64,000 bases of DNA, from NCBI GenBank assembly GCA_050250895.1, contig JBFWNU010000007.1, positions 320,001 through 384,000 of the forward strand, read 5' to 3'. Shown here one piece after another: positions 44,198-54,263 of the stretch. Every line of letters begins with the position of its first letter. Position 1 is the stretch's first letter. The notes under the pieces were generated by a model. The model did not search any database. It had not been told where the DNA came from and saw only the letters and a program-made list of their open reading frames with translations. This DNA comes from Vulcanimicrobiota bacterium (GTDB taxonomy: Bacteria > Vulcanimicrobiota > Xenobia > Xenobiales > JADMJV01). Position numbers and translations under genes: made by a program.

Positions 44198-47100
44198 TTA
44201 CGTGCCTTTGTGGTGCAAGAGCAACGGCTCTTTCCTGGAGGGGGCAAGCCACCCCGAAGAGTTGGTCGAGCAGGCTCATCATTTGCAGTTGCCCGCTGTG
44301 GCGCTCACCGATCGTAATGGGGTATATGGTTTGGCCCGGGCTTTTGGGCGGGCTCAAGAGCTGGGTCAGAAGCTTTTAAGCGGCTGCCAACTGCAGTTAG
44401 AAGATGACTCTCGACTGGTGGTGCTGGCCGAGAATCTCGAGGGTTACCAGCATATGTGCCGCCTGATTACGCTGGGCTGCCGGCGCTCGAGCAAAGGTAA
44501 CTGCTCGGTGAAGTGGGCCGAAGTGGCCGAGCATGCGGGGGGGTTGCTGGCTCTGTGGGGAGGCCAGGGTAGCTTGCTGCAAGAGGGTAGGGGAGAAGTG
44601 GTCAAGGCGCGAGGCCGCCTGCTCAAAGAGGCCTTTAAAGATAGGCTTTACGCCCTGGTGGCCCGCCATCTTCGAGCTTTAGAGCCGGCTCTCGAGGCTC
44701 GCTTGCGCCAGCGAGCCAGAATGCTCGACCTGCCCCTGGTGGCGGGTCGCGAGGTGCTATATCACGCCCCTTCGAGACGACCGTTGCAAGATGTTTTGAC
44801 CTGCATTCGCCACGGTTGCACGCTCGAGAATGCCGGGCGTCGGCTGGCTCCGAATGCCGAGCATGGCCTGCTGGGGGGGGAGGATTTTCGCCGGCTTTTT
44901 GGCGACGATCCCGAGGCGGTTAGGCGTACCCTCGAAATCGGCGAACGCTGTCACTTTTCGCTTGAGCAACTGCGCTATCGGTATCCCAGCGAGGGCCGCA
45001 GCTTGCGCGAGTTGACCTATCAGGGAGCGGACCGACGCTATCCCGATGGGGTTCCCCGGGCGGTGGTGGCTCAACTCGAGGCCGAACTCGCCTTGATCGA
45101 CGAGCTGGATTATGCCGGCTACTTCTTGACGATGTACGAGATCGTGGAGTTCTGCCAGAGTCAGGGGATTCTCTGCCAGGGTCGGGGCTCGGCGGCCAAC
45201 TCTTCCGTCTGCTTTTGCCTGGGGATCACGGCCGTCGATCCGGTCAAGATCGGGCTACTGTTCGAACGCTTCATCTCACGCGAGCGGGCCGAGCCTCCCG
45301 ACATCGATCTCGATATTGCCCACCAGCGCCGCGAAGAGGTGATTCAGTTCGTCTATCGCCGCTACGGCCGTGAACGGGCCGCCATGGTGGCCAATGTGGT
45401 GCGCTATCGGCCTCGTTCGGCCCTGCGCGAGGTGGGCAAGGCGCTGGGGCTCGAGGTGGTGTCGCTCGAGCGGGTGGCCAAACTTTGCAGTTATTACAGC
45501 GACCATCTCTCGCCGGGGCTGCTCGAGCAAGCGGGCCTGTGCCCTGATCTTCCGGCTCATCGGATGCTGCTTAAATACGCCAATCAGATTCTGGATTTTC
45601 CCCGTCATCTTTCCATTCATCCTGGCGGCTTTCTGCTCGGAGACCGCCCCGTTCACGAGCTGGTTCCGGTCGAGAATGCCACCATGGAAGAACGAACCGT
45701 GATCCAGTGGGATAAGTATGATGTCGAGGCTTTGGGCTTGTTTAAAGTCGACCTGTTGGGACTGGGGGCCCTGTCGCATCTCGATCGGGCTTTTCGTTTG
45801 CTGGCCGACGGTGGGATCGAATTGAACATGGCCAGTCTGCCCAGCGACGATCCGGCCACTTTCGACATGCTGGGTGAAGGGAATTCGGTCGGGGTCTTTC
45901 AGATCGAAAGCCGGGCTCAGATGTCGATGCTGCCACGGCTTAAGCCTCGCTGCTATTACGATCTGGTCATCGAGGTGGCGATCGTGCGCCCGGGTCCGAT
46001 CACGGGTGGGATGGTGCATCCCTATTTGCGACGGCGCTGCGGAGAAGAGCCCATCGACTATCCTCACCCCGATCTCTTGCCGGTACTCGAGAAGACTTTG
46101 GGAATTCCCCTTTTTCAAGAGCAAGTGATGAAGCTGGCGGTGGTGGCTGCTGATTATTCCCCGGGGGAGGCCGACCAGTTGCGTCGGGATATGGCCGCCT
46201 GGCGCAGTCAGGGCAAATTGAATCGCCATCGGGAGCGGCTGATCTCGCGAATGACGGCCAAAGGCATCGACCTTCGTTTTGCCGAGCGGGTTTTCGAGCA
46301 GATCCGCGGTTTTGGCGAGTATGGCTTTCCCGAAAGCCATGCTGCCAGCTTTGCTTTGATTACTTACGCCACGGCTTATCTCAAGTGTCATTACCCCACC
46401 GAATTTACCTGCGCTCTGCTCAACAGTTTGCCGATGGGTTTTTATTCGGCCGCCACGGTCATTGAAGACGCTCGGCGTAATGGGGTCAAGTTCTTGCCGA
46501 TCTGTGCCCGGGTCAGCCGTTGGGAGTGCCGTCTCGAAGCCGGTGCGATTCGCATGGGAGCCCGCTTTGTCAAAGGTCTACGGGAGAGCGACTGGGACGA
46601 ACTGGAAAGGCTGCGCCCTTTGACTTCTTTCGAAGGACTGGTGCTGCAAAGCCGCCTCGACCGGCGTGCTCTGGAGGGGCTGGCTCAAGCCGGAGCTTTC
46701 GATCGATTGGGGCTGTCTCGGCGCTCGGCGCTGTGGGATATTCGCCAGTTGATTCGGCGTCGTCAAGAGGTTCTGGTGTCGGTGGCCGAAGAGAGTCCAG
46801 CTTTTCAGAACCTGCATCGGGGGGAGCAGATTGCCTGGGACTGCCTGGCTTCGAGCCACAGCACGCGAGGTCATCCCCTCGAGCAGTTGCGTCCGGCGCT
46901 TCGGCAACAGGGCTTGCCCGAAGCGGTGCGACTCAAGGCTGGGCGCGACGGAGCGCGGGTGCGTTATGCCGGGTTGGTGATCTGCCGACAACGGCCTTCT
47001 ACGGCCAAAGGAACCGTCTTCATGACTCTCGAGGATGAGACCGGCTTTGTCAACGTCGTGCTCTGGCCTCACGTTTTTGAGCGCTATTCGGTAATGGCGA

Positions 47101-47234
47101 AAACCCTTTGGTTTCTTGGGGTTAGTGGACGTTTGCAGTCCCAGCACGGCGTTTCTCATCTCATCGCAGAAAGACTGTGGGCCCCTCGGGTCGAACCGCT
47201 GATTCAGCGGGTGACAAGTCGAGATTTTCATTGA
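44187..47234 (+). CDS. dnaE2: error-prone DNA polymerase DnaE2 (ImuC)
   Basis: SFLEGASHPEELV, CQGRGSAANS, EPPDIDLD, PRHLSIHPGG, KVDLLGLG, GVFQIESRAQM, YGFPESHA, C-terminal SRDFH. Confidence 0.97.
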   Translation: MCNSYVPLWCKSNGSFLEGASHPEELVEQAHHLQLPAVALTDRNGVYGLARAFGRAQELGQKLLSGCQLQLEDDSRLVVLAENLEGYQHMCRLITLGCRRSSKGNCSVKWAEVAEHAGGLLALWGGQGSLLQEGRGEVVKARGRLLKEAFKDRLYALVARHLRALEPALEARLRQRARMLDLPLVAGREVLYHAPSRRPLQDVLTCIRHGCTLENAGRRLAPNAEHGLLGGEDFRRLFGDDPEAVRRTLEIGERCHFSLEQLRYRYPSEGRSLRELTYQGADRRYPDGVPRAVVAQLEAELALIDELDYAGYFLTMYEIVEFCQSQGILCQGRGSAANSSVCFCLGITAVDPVKIGLLFERFISRERAEPPDIDLDIAHQRREEVIQFVYRRYGRERAAMVANVVRYRPRSALREVGKALGLEVVSLERVAKLCSYYSDHLSPGLLEQAGLCPDLPAHRMLLKYANQILDFPRHLSIHPGGFLLGDRPVHELVPVENATMEERTVIQWDKYDVEALGLFKVDLLGLGALSHLDRAFRLLADGGIELNMASLPSDDPATFDMLGEGNSVGVFQIESRAQMSMLPRLKPRCYYDLVIEVAIVRPGPITGGMVHPYLRRRCGEEPIDYPHPDLLPVLEKTLGIPLFQEQVMKLAVVAADYSPGEADQLRRDMAAWRSQGKLNRHRERLISRMTAKGIDLRFAERVFEQIRGFGEYGFPESHAASFALITYATAYLKCHYPTEFTCALLNSLPMGFYSAATVIEDARRNGVKFLPICARVSRWECRLEAGAIRMGARFVKGLRESDWDELERLRPLTSFEGLVLQSRLDRRALEGLAQAGAFDRLGLSRRSALWDIRQLIRRRQEVLVSVAEESPAFQNLHRGEQIAWDCLASSHSTRGHPLEQLRPALRQQGLPEAVRLKAGRDGARVRYAGLVICRQRPSTAKGTVFMTLEDETGFVNVVLWPHVFERYSVMAKTLWFLGVSGRLQSQHGVSHLIAERLWAPRVEPLIQRVTSRDFH

Positions 47235-47272
47235 GAATCCCGACAAAATTGGGGTGAAACGATGTTTCCGCC

Positions 47273-47977
47273 ATGTTCCCGTGCGAGAATAAGGCCTCTA
47301 TGGGGTGGAACGTGCAGCTATTCAAATGGTGGACCCGCCAGAAGCAAGACCCGGTCGTCACCCTGTTGGCCATCGATCGCGAGCAGGTCATTCTAGGCAG
47401 CGACCATCCCCTGGCGGTGGGTAAGACGGTGACGGTTCGCGCCCGCCGCCCCAATGGGGAAGAGCGCGAGCTGAAGGTTCTTCCTTACTACGTCCGGCCG
47501 GCAGGTCGGGCCTTTGTTTGCGTGGGTCTGGCCGACCACGATCTGGGCGAGACGACCCGGCCCAGCGAGCAGGCTGATTGGGGGGTGCGCCGCGGAATTC
47601 GCTTGCGCTGCAGTTTGCGGGCCACCTCCGAGACGTTGCCTGACTATCAGGGGGTCATTCTGGATTTCACACCCCGCGGAGTCAAGTTGCGAGCTCGCGG
47701 TCCGGTCGAGGTGGGAACTCGCCTCGAACTGAAGATCGAGACCGATTTTTCTCAGGCGGCCGCCTTCGAATGCGAAGCCGAGGTCGCCTGGTGCGTGACC
47801 AAGGACCGCAACCAGGCGCTGCTCGGTTTGCGCTTTTGTGTTCCCCAAGAAGAGATGGCCGAGCACCAGCTACAAAAGCTAGAAGCTGTGTTGCAGTGGC
47901 GCGAACACAGCTCCTTTATGGAAAGTATCTTGACCAACGAGCCTCTCGAACGTAGAAAGGCTCCGCGGGACCTGTGA
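47273..47977 (+). CDS. PilZ-domain protein
   Basis: RRGIR (RxxxR), DFTPRG, AEVAW, LGLRF. Start may be 47300. Confidence 0.75.
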   Translation: MFPCENKASMGWNVQLFKWWTRQKQDPVVTLLAIDREQVILGSDHPLAVGKTVTVRARRPNGEERELKVLPYYVRPAGRAFVCVGLADHDLGETTRPSEQADWGVRRGIRLRCSLRATSETLPDYQGVILDFTPRGVKLRARGPVEVGTRLELKIETDFSQAAAFECEAEVAWCVTKDRNQALLGLRFCVPQEEMAEHQLQKLEAVLQWREHSSFMESILTNEPLERRKAPRDL

Positions 47978-47978
47978 A

Positions 47979-48461
47979 TTAAGGGGTGGCAGCCTCCGCA
48001 GGGGTCGCCTCGGCGGGAGTTGCGCCGTCGGCGGGGGTGGCGTCTCCCTCGGGCGGGGTGGCCTCCCCACCAGGAGTAGCGGCTACCTCGTTCTTGAGCA
48101 CGCGCAGGGTGTGGGCGATTTTTTCGGTGCCCCCGTCAACATTGACTTCCTTATATTTGACCTGGACCTGCGTGCCCTCTTTGATCTCCGGGCTCTCGGA
48201 GCGCGAGACGATCTTCGTCTCGGGCTTGAGCTTGAACACCCACTCGTTGTCATCCGACTTGACGCTGATGCTCTCGCCCTCCTGATAGCTGGTGACGATG
48301 CCGCCGAACGAGGTGCCGACCCAGAATCGTGGCGCATCCTCCGTGTCCTGGCCGGTGGCTACCATTTGGCCCCCCAAGAAACCGAAACAAACCAGGGCCA
48401 GACCGAGCACCACGAAACCTATAATCCTCGGAACATTTGTTCCTTCTTGCTCATCAGACAT
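47979..48461 (-). CDS. membrane-anchored OB-fold-like (DUF5666-like) protein with C-terminal ATP-x-x repeats
   Basis: TM helix, then FKLKPETKI...IKEGTQVQVKY; tail ATPGGE ATPPEGD ATPADG ATPAE ATPAEA ATP. Confidence 0.7.
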   Translation of the reverse strand: MSDEQEGTNVPRIIGFVVLGLALVCFGFLGGQMVATGQDTEDAPRFWVGTSFGGIVTSYQEGESISVKSDDNEWVFKLKPETKIVSRSESPEIKEGTQVQVKYKEVNVDGGTEKIAHTLRVLKNEVAATPGGEATPPEGDATPADGATPAEATPAEAATP

Positions 48462-48539
48462 CCTAAAACCCCCTTCTTCCTACTGTTCAGAAGTGAAGGG
48501 TTCTCGACCTTGGATGGTCGTCCTGTCTGCGCGGGTTTT

Positions 48540-50186
48540 CTAGTTGTCGTTCGTCTGAGCGCAACGCGCTTTTCGGTCGTCGAAATAGTCCTGCACATCG
48601 CCGTCGAGAGCCGATGAGGACCAGCCCAGCACGATCACCGGGCGCGCATCGCGGCGAGGATCGCTGGCCAGCACCGCCTTTTCGTCGACAGGTTGCGCTC
48701 CAGCCAGGGCGGCAAAACGGGGATTATCGCCCAGATCCTCTCGGATGGTATCCAGAATGCGGTTGGCGATGACGGCATGGCCGACATTGGCGGGGTGGAT
48801 TCCGTCGTAGCCGAAGATTCCATCCTGGTCGGATTGGGTCGATACCCCGGTAAAGGTATTGGTAACTTTAATGTCAGGCCCCTCACCCCGGAGGGAGACC
48901 CCGGTTTGCTTGGTCTGGTTTAGCAGGCCAGCCACATCGACCAGATGAACGCGCTCGTTCGAGGCGGCGGCGTTGGCGATGATCTGGTTGAATTCCACAG
49001 TCCGCTCGCGCACTTTGCCGATCTCATCCGGGTCCAGCACCTCGTCTTCCGAGAGGAGCGCGTCGGCCTTGGCCAGGTCGTAGTGCTCGAGAAAGATTCG
49101 GTGAGCCTTCTTGAGCAGCATCCCCAGGGACACCATCGTGCCGCTGGGAAACTCGGTGCGCCCCTCCTGGCCCTGACCGCGAATCTTACTGGGAATGGTC
49201 CAGTCTTCGATGGTCTGGGTCAGGTCGGTGCCGTCCGGCAGGGCAATACGGAAAGGTAGATGACCCACCTTGTCCCCCACCTGCCGCAGGAAAGGAATCA
49301 CGGTGACGTCGGGGATGTTCATCAACATGATCTCGGCGTCGGTTTCGTTGAGCAAACGAGTGAGCGCCCCCTCGGGACCGTCGAAGGCGTTCTTGAAGCC
49401 CTTCATGACATGGGGGGTCTGTCTGATTACGCGGCTGCCGGTAATAGGATTGGTGGTGGTATACTCCCAAACCCGATCTTCGACCGGGGTAAGGGTGCGG
49501 TCGTCCACGGTCATTTGCGAGGCCGATTCGAGGGCGTCGTTGTTGCCGGCCCAGAAGGTGATCAGATCGGGCTTTTGTTCGATGGCCCGATCGATCTCGG
49601 ACTTGCCCTTCTCGACCTTGCCCCCCTCTTGCAAGATATTTCGCACGTAGGGGGCCATCATGAATAAGGGCCCGGCGGAATTGGCTCCGTCGGTCATTTC
49701 CTGCATCAAGTCGTAAACGTTGCTGACATCGGTCAGATGGCGCAGTTCGAAATTCGGGACAGCCACATTCTGAGTCGGTCCCTCATTCATGAGTTTGCCC
49801 ATGCCGCCAGCGCTGTAGAGGGGCTCGAGAAGCAGCTCGTGAGGCACGAACCCCGCTCCGATCAGGGCCATGGGCACGGCTACCGCCGCTCCCACCATGG
49901 CGTAGCTCCAGAGAGCTTTGGTGATGGCCGCGTCATGTCCCAGGAATACCGCCGGAGGAACGCCACCTTCCGAAAAGAGGGGTTGCTTGAATTCTAACCC
50001 GGCCTGTTTGGCGATCAGGCTGCTAAAGTTGGCTTCTTGGCCGGTGTGAATGAGGGTCGCATCCTGAAAACCGGCGGACAGGCTATCGCCCACCGTAACC
50101 AATTTGATCGGCTTGTCCGCTTGCGTCGACTCGGCGTTGGAACTGGCCCGCGACGGCGCTGTTATCGGCAACTGTTGGATCCTCAT
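48540..50186 (-). CDS. SGNH/GDSL-family lipase/esterase
   Basis: VGDSLSAG, NVAVP, WAGNNDAL, DGIHP. Confidence 0.88.
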   Translation of the reverse strand: MRIQQLPITAPSRASSNAESTQADKPIKLVTVGDSLSAGFQDATLIHTGQEANFSSLIAKQAGLEFKQPLFSEGGVPPAVFLGHDAAITKALWSYAMVGAAVAVPMALIGAGFVPHELLLEPLYSAGGMGKLMNEGPTQNVAVPNFELRHLTDVSNVYDLMQEMTDGANSAGPLFMMAPYVRNILQEGGKVEKGKSEIDRAIEQKPDLITFWAGNNDALESASQMTVDDRTLTPVEDRVWEYTTTNPITGSRVIRQTPHVMKGFKNAFDGPEGALTRLLNETDAEIMLMNIPDVTVIPFLRQVGDKVGHLPFRIALPDGTDLTQTIEDWTIPSKIRGQGQEGRTEFPSGTMVSLGMLLKKAHRIFLEHYDLAKADALLSEDEVLDPDEIGKVRERTVEFNQIIANAAASNERVHLVDVAGLLNQTKQTGVSLRGEGPDIKVTNTFTGVSTQSDQDGIFGYDGIHPANVGHAVIANRILDTIREDLGDNPRFAALAGAQPVDEKAVLASDPRRDARPVIVLGWSSSALDGDVQDYFDDRKARCAQTNDN

Positions 50187-50295
50187 TCTCGCAGTATGGC
50201 TGGGTGGGCCGAAAAATCGCTTAAAGGAAATGTAACAACTTCGTCGCTAGCCTCTCTCAGAGGGTAACGGCCATCGCTGCAAGAAGGCGTCCCTG

Positions 50296-52794
50296 ATGGC
50301 CGAGCCAAGGTCTCTCCGTAATCTATCACCAGAGGATGTCAGTAGACTTGCGATCCTGTCGGACGTGAGTCGGCTTTTCAACTCGACCTATGCTTTTCAC
50401 CAGGTCCTCGACCATGTCATGGATTCGGTGATCCGGACTCTCGACGCCGAGCGGGGCGCCATCATGCTCGACAAAGATAGCGTTCTCGAGATCGTAGCCG
50501 CGCGCGATCTCGAAGAATTGCCCAGTTTGCAGGATTTTCGTTACAGCCAGACCGTGGTCAACCGCGTCAAGGCTGACGAGCAACCCGTTGTCTTGCTCAA
50601 CGCCCTCGAACACGAACTGCACGGGGCCAGTCAGTCGATTCAGACCGGCGGCATCCGTTCCATCATGTGCGTGCCGATGATCGGCCGGGAGCGGACGCTC
50701 GGGCTGATCTATCTCGACAACCGTCTATCGGACTCGTTCACCAAGGTTGATCTGGATCTGCTCAAGATTATCGCCGACATGGCTTCTTCGGCCCTGGAAC
50801 GGGCCATGTTCTTCGACGAGTTGCACACTCTCAACGAAGAGCTCGAAGGCCGGGTGCGCGACCGCACTCGCGAGGCCGAAGAGGCCCGCGAGGCGGCCGA
50901 GGCAGCTACTCAAGCCAAGAGTAACTTTCTGGCCAACGTCAGCCACGAGATCCGCACCCCGATGAACGGGATCATCGGTCTCACCAGCCTCACCCTCGAG
51001 ACCGAGCTCAACCCTATTCAGCGCGAATACCTCAACGATGTGGCCCGGTCGGCCAATTCGTTGTTGGGCATCCTCAACGATGTGCTCGACTTCTCCAAGA
51101 TCGAGGCCAATCAGCTCGAGTTGGATCCCCATCCTTTCGAGATGAGCGAACTGCTCGAGGCGGCCACCAAGACGGTGGCCTACTCGGCTCATTCCAAAGG
51201 ACTCGAACTGGTGGTGGACGTCGAGCCCGGAGTGGGCGAGCATTTGATGGCTGACTCGACCCGGCTCCGCCAGGTCTTGATCAACCTGCTGGGCAACGCC
51301 ATCAAGTTTACCAGTGAAGGCGAGATCGTCCTGAAGGTTCAGGTCGAAACCGAGTCCAGCGCCGGTCAGGTGCTGCACTTTAGCGTGCGAGACACCGGGG
51401 TAGGGATTCCCGACGATAAGCTGGGCACCATCTTCGAGGCGTTCAACCAGGCCGATGTCAGCACCACCCGCAAGTACGGCGGCACCGGCCTGGGCCTGAG
51501 CATCAGCGGACGCCTGGTCGAACTCATGGGCGGCCGCCTGTGGGTCGAGAGTCAGGTCGAGAAAGGTTCGGTCTTTCACTTTACCGCACGCTGCGCCAAC
51601 ATGGACGGTCCCCCTGCCGAGGATTTTTCGGCCCTGGAAGGGGTGCGGGTCTTGCTGGCTGAGGACAACCGCACTAACCGCGAGGTGTTGATGCGGCTGT
51701 TGGGTCAGTGGAAGATGTTGCCCACCAGCGTGACCGACGGTGAGGCCGCTCTCATTCGGCTGAAGAAGGCCCGTAGCGAAGAGACACCGTTCGGGCTGGT
51801 CCTCTCCGATGACCAGATGCCTGACCTCGACGGCCCCGGCCTGGCGGCTGCCCTGGCCAAACAGCCAGACAATCAGGTGCCGGTGGTGATGATGGTCAGT
51901 TCGGCTCGCATCGAAGACAACACCGGCGTGGCGGGCTGGATCTCCAAGCCCGTCAATCCGGCTTCGCTGCGCAAGTTGCTGGCTCGCCAATTCGCTGATG
52001 AGAAGAAGACCGAGGCGCCAGCGGCCAGTGCCGAAACCGAGCAGCAAGAAAGTCTCAAGATCTTGCTGGCCGAAGACCACGAAATCAATCAGACCGTGGC
52101 CCTGGCCGTGTTGGGTCGGTTGGGCCACGAGGTGACCCTGGCCCACGACGGTCTCGAGGCTCTGGACCATTTTCGTAAAGGCAAGTTCGACGTCGTGTTG
52201 ATGGACGTGCAGATGCCCAATATGGATGGCTTGCAAGCCACGGCCGCCATTCGCGAACTCGAAGAGACCGAGGCGCGTCAGCGCACGCCCATCGTGGCCA
52301 TGACCGCCCACGCCGTGGCTGGCTACCGGCAACGCTGTCTCGATGCGGGTATGGACAATTACGTCACCAAGCCGATCAATCGGCAGGAGATTATCAGCGT
52401 GCTTGGCCAACTGGCGCCCGGGGAAGAGCCCGAGTCGCAGGTCGAGGAAGAAAAGCCGGACCTCGATCTCTCCAACCTGCTCGACCTGGTAGGCTCGCAA
52501 GAAGCGGTCCGAAAGGTGGCTCGCAAGGCCCTGACCGATTGCGCCGCCCATCTGGTCAGCGTGGACCTGGCTCTGACTCGCAGCGACACCGGGCGGCTGC
52601 AGCGGGCGGCCCATTCGCTCAAGGGTACCTTCGCACTGCTGGGAGCTCAGCGCATGGCCGAGACCGCCGAGCGGCTTTTTTCGTTTGGCGTGAGTGAAGA
52701 GCTCGAGCAAGCCAGGGCCGCGGCTGATGAGTTAAAAAAACAATGGGCTCGGGTTCTGCCCACCTTGCAGTCGGCCTCAGACGAGGCTTCGTGA
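50296..52794 (+). CDS. hybrid sensor histidine kinase GAF-HisKA-HATPase-REC-REC-HPt
   Basis: GAF (RSIMCVP, GLIYLDN); FLANVSHEIRTPMNG; NLLGNAIKFT; DTGVGI; GGTGLGL; two receiver domains; AHSLKG HPt motif. Confidence 0.95.
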   Translation: MAEPRSLRNLSPEDVSRLAILSDVSRLFNSTYAFHQVLDHVMDSVIRTLDAERGAIMLDKDSVLEIVAARDLEELPSLQDFRYSQTVVNRVKADEQPVVLLNALEHELHGASQSIQTGGIRSIMCVPMIGRERTLGLIYLDNRLSDSFTKVDLDLLKIIADMASSALERAMFFDELHTLNEELEGRVRDRTREAEEAREAAEAATQAKSNFLANVSHEIRTPMNGIIGLTSLTLETELNPIQREYLNDVARSANSLLGILNDVLDFSKIEANQLELDPHPFEMSELLEAATKTVAYSAHSKGLELVVDVEPGVGEHLMADSTRLRQVLINLLGNAIKFTSEGEIVLKVQVETESSAGQVLHFSVRDTGVGIPDDKLGTIFEAFNQADVSTTRKYGGTGLGLSISGRLVELMGGRLWVESQVEKGSVFHFTARCANMDGPPAEDFSALEGVRVLLAEDNRTNREVLMRLLGQWKMLPTSVTDGEAALIRLKKARSEETPFGLVLSDDQMPDLDGPGLAAALAKQPDNQVPVVMMVSSARIEDNTGVAGWISKPVNPASLRKLLARQFADEKKTEAPAASAETEQQESLKILLAEDHEINQTVALAVLGRLGHEVTLAHDGLEALDHFRKGKFDVVLMDVQMPNMDGLQATAAIRELEETEARQRTPIVAMTAHAVAGYRQRCLDAGMDNYVTKPINRQEIISVLGQLAPGEEPESQVEEEKPDLDLSNLLDLVGSQEAVRKVARKALTDCAAHLVSVDLALTRSDTGRLQRAAHSLKGTFALLGAQRMAETAERLFSFGVSEELEQARAAADELKKQWARVLPTLQSASDEAS

Positions 52795-53459
52795 GGGTCG
52801 GGCTGCTGGCCGCCCTGATTTTGCTCGCCCCGGCCTGGGGCCAAGATTTTCCTGTCGAAGTCGAGATGTTGGGTCCGGCCCGGCCCCTGGCCCGGCCCCT
52901 GGCTCGCAGCCTGCGCTGGCAACCACCGCCGGTGCAGTGTCGGCTGTGCGGCGAAACGACGACACCCGGCCTCTGCAGTTGCCATTTTCGGGTGGATCAG
53001 GAGTTTGGCGAGCGGCTCTTGGCTCAGGTGCGCCAGGATGCCCAGGAGTTGGACCCGCGGCTGGTCTACCGCGGCGGCCTCGAGGTGCGGGTCGTCTCTC
53101 AGGCAAGGCTGGACGAACTTGGTGGCGAGCCCGTCTATGGTCTCTATGAAGAGGGCAGGATCTGGCTCAGCCAGGCCCTCACTCGGCGCGAGGCGTATGC
53201 CGTGCTGGCGCACGAATTCGGCCACGCCTGGCACTTTCAAGAAAACCCGGCCTTTGCCAGCCAGCCAGAGAGGTTGCGTGAAGGCTTTGCCGATTGGGTG
53301 GCGCTGCAGTTGGTCCAGGCGCGCCCTGACCCGTCAGCTCGGGTCCGTTTGTTGGAACAACGCCAGGAACCCTATCGCTCGGGCCTGGCCACCATGCTCA
53401 GGCTTGAAGAACAGGGCGGCCGAGAGGCCGTGCTGGCCCGGGTGGCGCCCCGATACTAA
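52791..53459 (+). CDS. secreted zinc metallopeptidase (DA1-like HExxH) with a small Cys/His cluster
   Basis: Signal peptide; CRLC...CSCH; LAHEFGHAW...EGFADWVA; GTGA overlap with the kinase stop. Confidence 0.7.
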   Translation: MRVGLLAALILLAPAWGQDFPVEVEMLGPARPLARPLARSLRWQPPPVQCRLCGETTTPGLCSCHFRVDQEFGERLLAQVRQDAQELDPRLVYRGGLEVRVVSQARLDELGGEPVYGLYEEGRIWLSQALTRREAYAVLAHEFGHAWHFQENPAFASQPERLREGFADWVALQLVQARPDPSARVRLLEQRQEPYRSGLATMLRLEEQGGREAVLARVAPRY

Positions 53460-53506
53460 AGGTTTAGGCGCCTGGCTGGTCAAAGTAGGCGGCCAGGGGA
53501 GGCTGC

Positions 53507-54217
53507 ATGCTAAGTCAGTTGATCGATGGGCTCAAGGCTATCGTGGTGGGCCACAATGTTGACGAGCGACGGACCACGGCTCGCGCTCGCTGCGAATTGG
53601 CTGTTTCGTGTCGCAGTCAAAAAGGGGGGTTTCCGGCCAACCTGCGCGATCTGAGCATCAGCGGCGTGGGGCTGGGCGCCGATGCATTCATCAGCCGCGG
53701 TACCAAGCTCAAGATTGCCTGTCCTCGAGCCTTTGGCAGTGGGACCGACGCGATGGGCGTGGTACGGTGGTGCCGCCGGGTCGAGGACGCCTGGTATCAC
53801 CTGGGGGTCGATCTGCAGGGAATGAGTCCGAAGTGTTGGGTGCCGGCGGCTCTGCGTGAGTTGGGTCTTGACCCTGATGCCCCGCGGCAGCGGCGCAAGT
53901 TGATGCGGGTCCCGGCTGCGCTTGGGGTGGAACTCAAGCTGGCCGACAGTCAGGCGGCCGAGGGGAAGCTGCTCAATCTCAGCGTGGGTGGGGCTTTTAT
54001 CGAGACGCGCGCCCGATTATCGCGCCATGCTCAGGTGGTGATGTTGATGGGCCCCTGGGACGGAATTCCCGCGATCACCCTCACCTCCAGTGTGGTTTCG
54101 GTAAAGAACGAACAGGGGCTTTGGAGAGCCAGCCTGCGTTTCACTCATATCGGTTCAGATCAGCGCAAACTGCTCGGGCGCTATCTCACCGGCTTGGTGA
54201 AGGCCGCCAAAGCTTGA
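53507..54217 (+). CDS. tandem PilZ-domain protein
   Basis: ERRTTAR...DLSISG and QRRKLMR...NLSVGG. Confidence 0.88.
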   Translation: MLSQLIDGLKAIVVGHNVDERRTTARARCELAVSCRSQKGGFPANLRDLSISGVGLGADAFISRGTKLKIACPRAFGSGTDAMGVVRWCRRVEDAWYHLGVDLQGMSPKCWVPAALRELGLDPDAPRQRRKLMRVPAALGVELKLADSQAAEGKLLNLSVGGAFIETRARLSRHAQVVMLMGPWDGIPAITLTSSVVSVKNEQGLWRASLRFTHIGSDQRKLLGRYLTGLVKAAKA

Positions 54218-54263
54218 CCTTCGCGCGCAGGCGCCGGGGCTCCACCATAGAAGCACACTAGCG

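Noticed and set aside
41633-47234. Mutasome cassette as a mobile element (codon usage looks slightly more T-rich)
   Set aside because: No integrase, transposase, tRNA or flanking direct repeats seen; the compositional shift was judged only by eye.
47982-48090. Ala-Thr-Pro repeats
   Set aside because: Ordinary low-complexity protein tail.
50725-52710. Long antisense ORFs (661 aa here; also 60789..62690, 22766..23998, 24277..25461, 12526..13716)
   Set aside because: Shadow frames opposite well-supported genes, expected at high GC.
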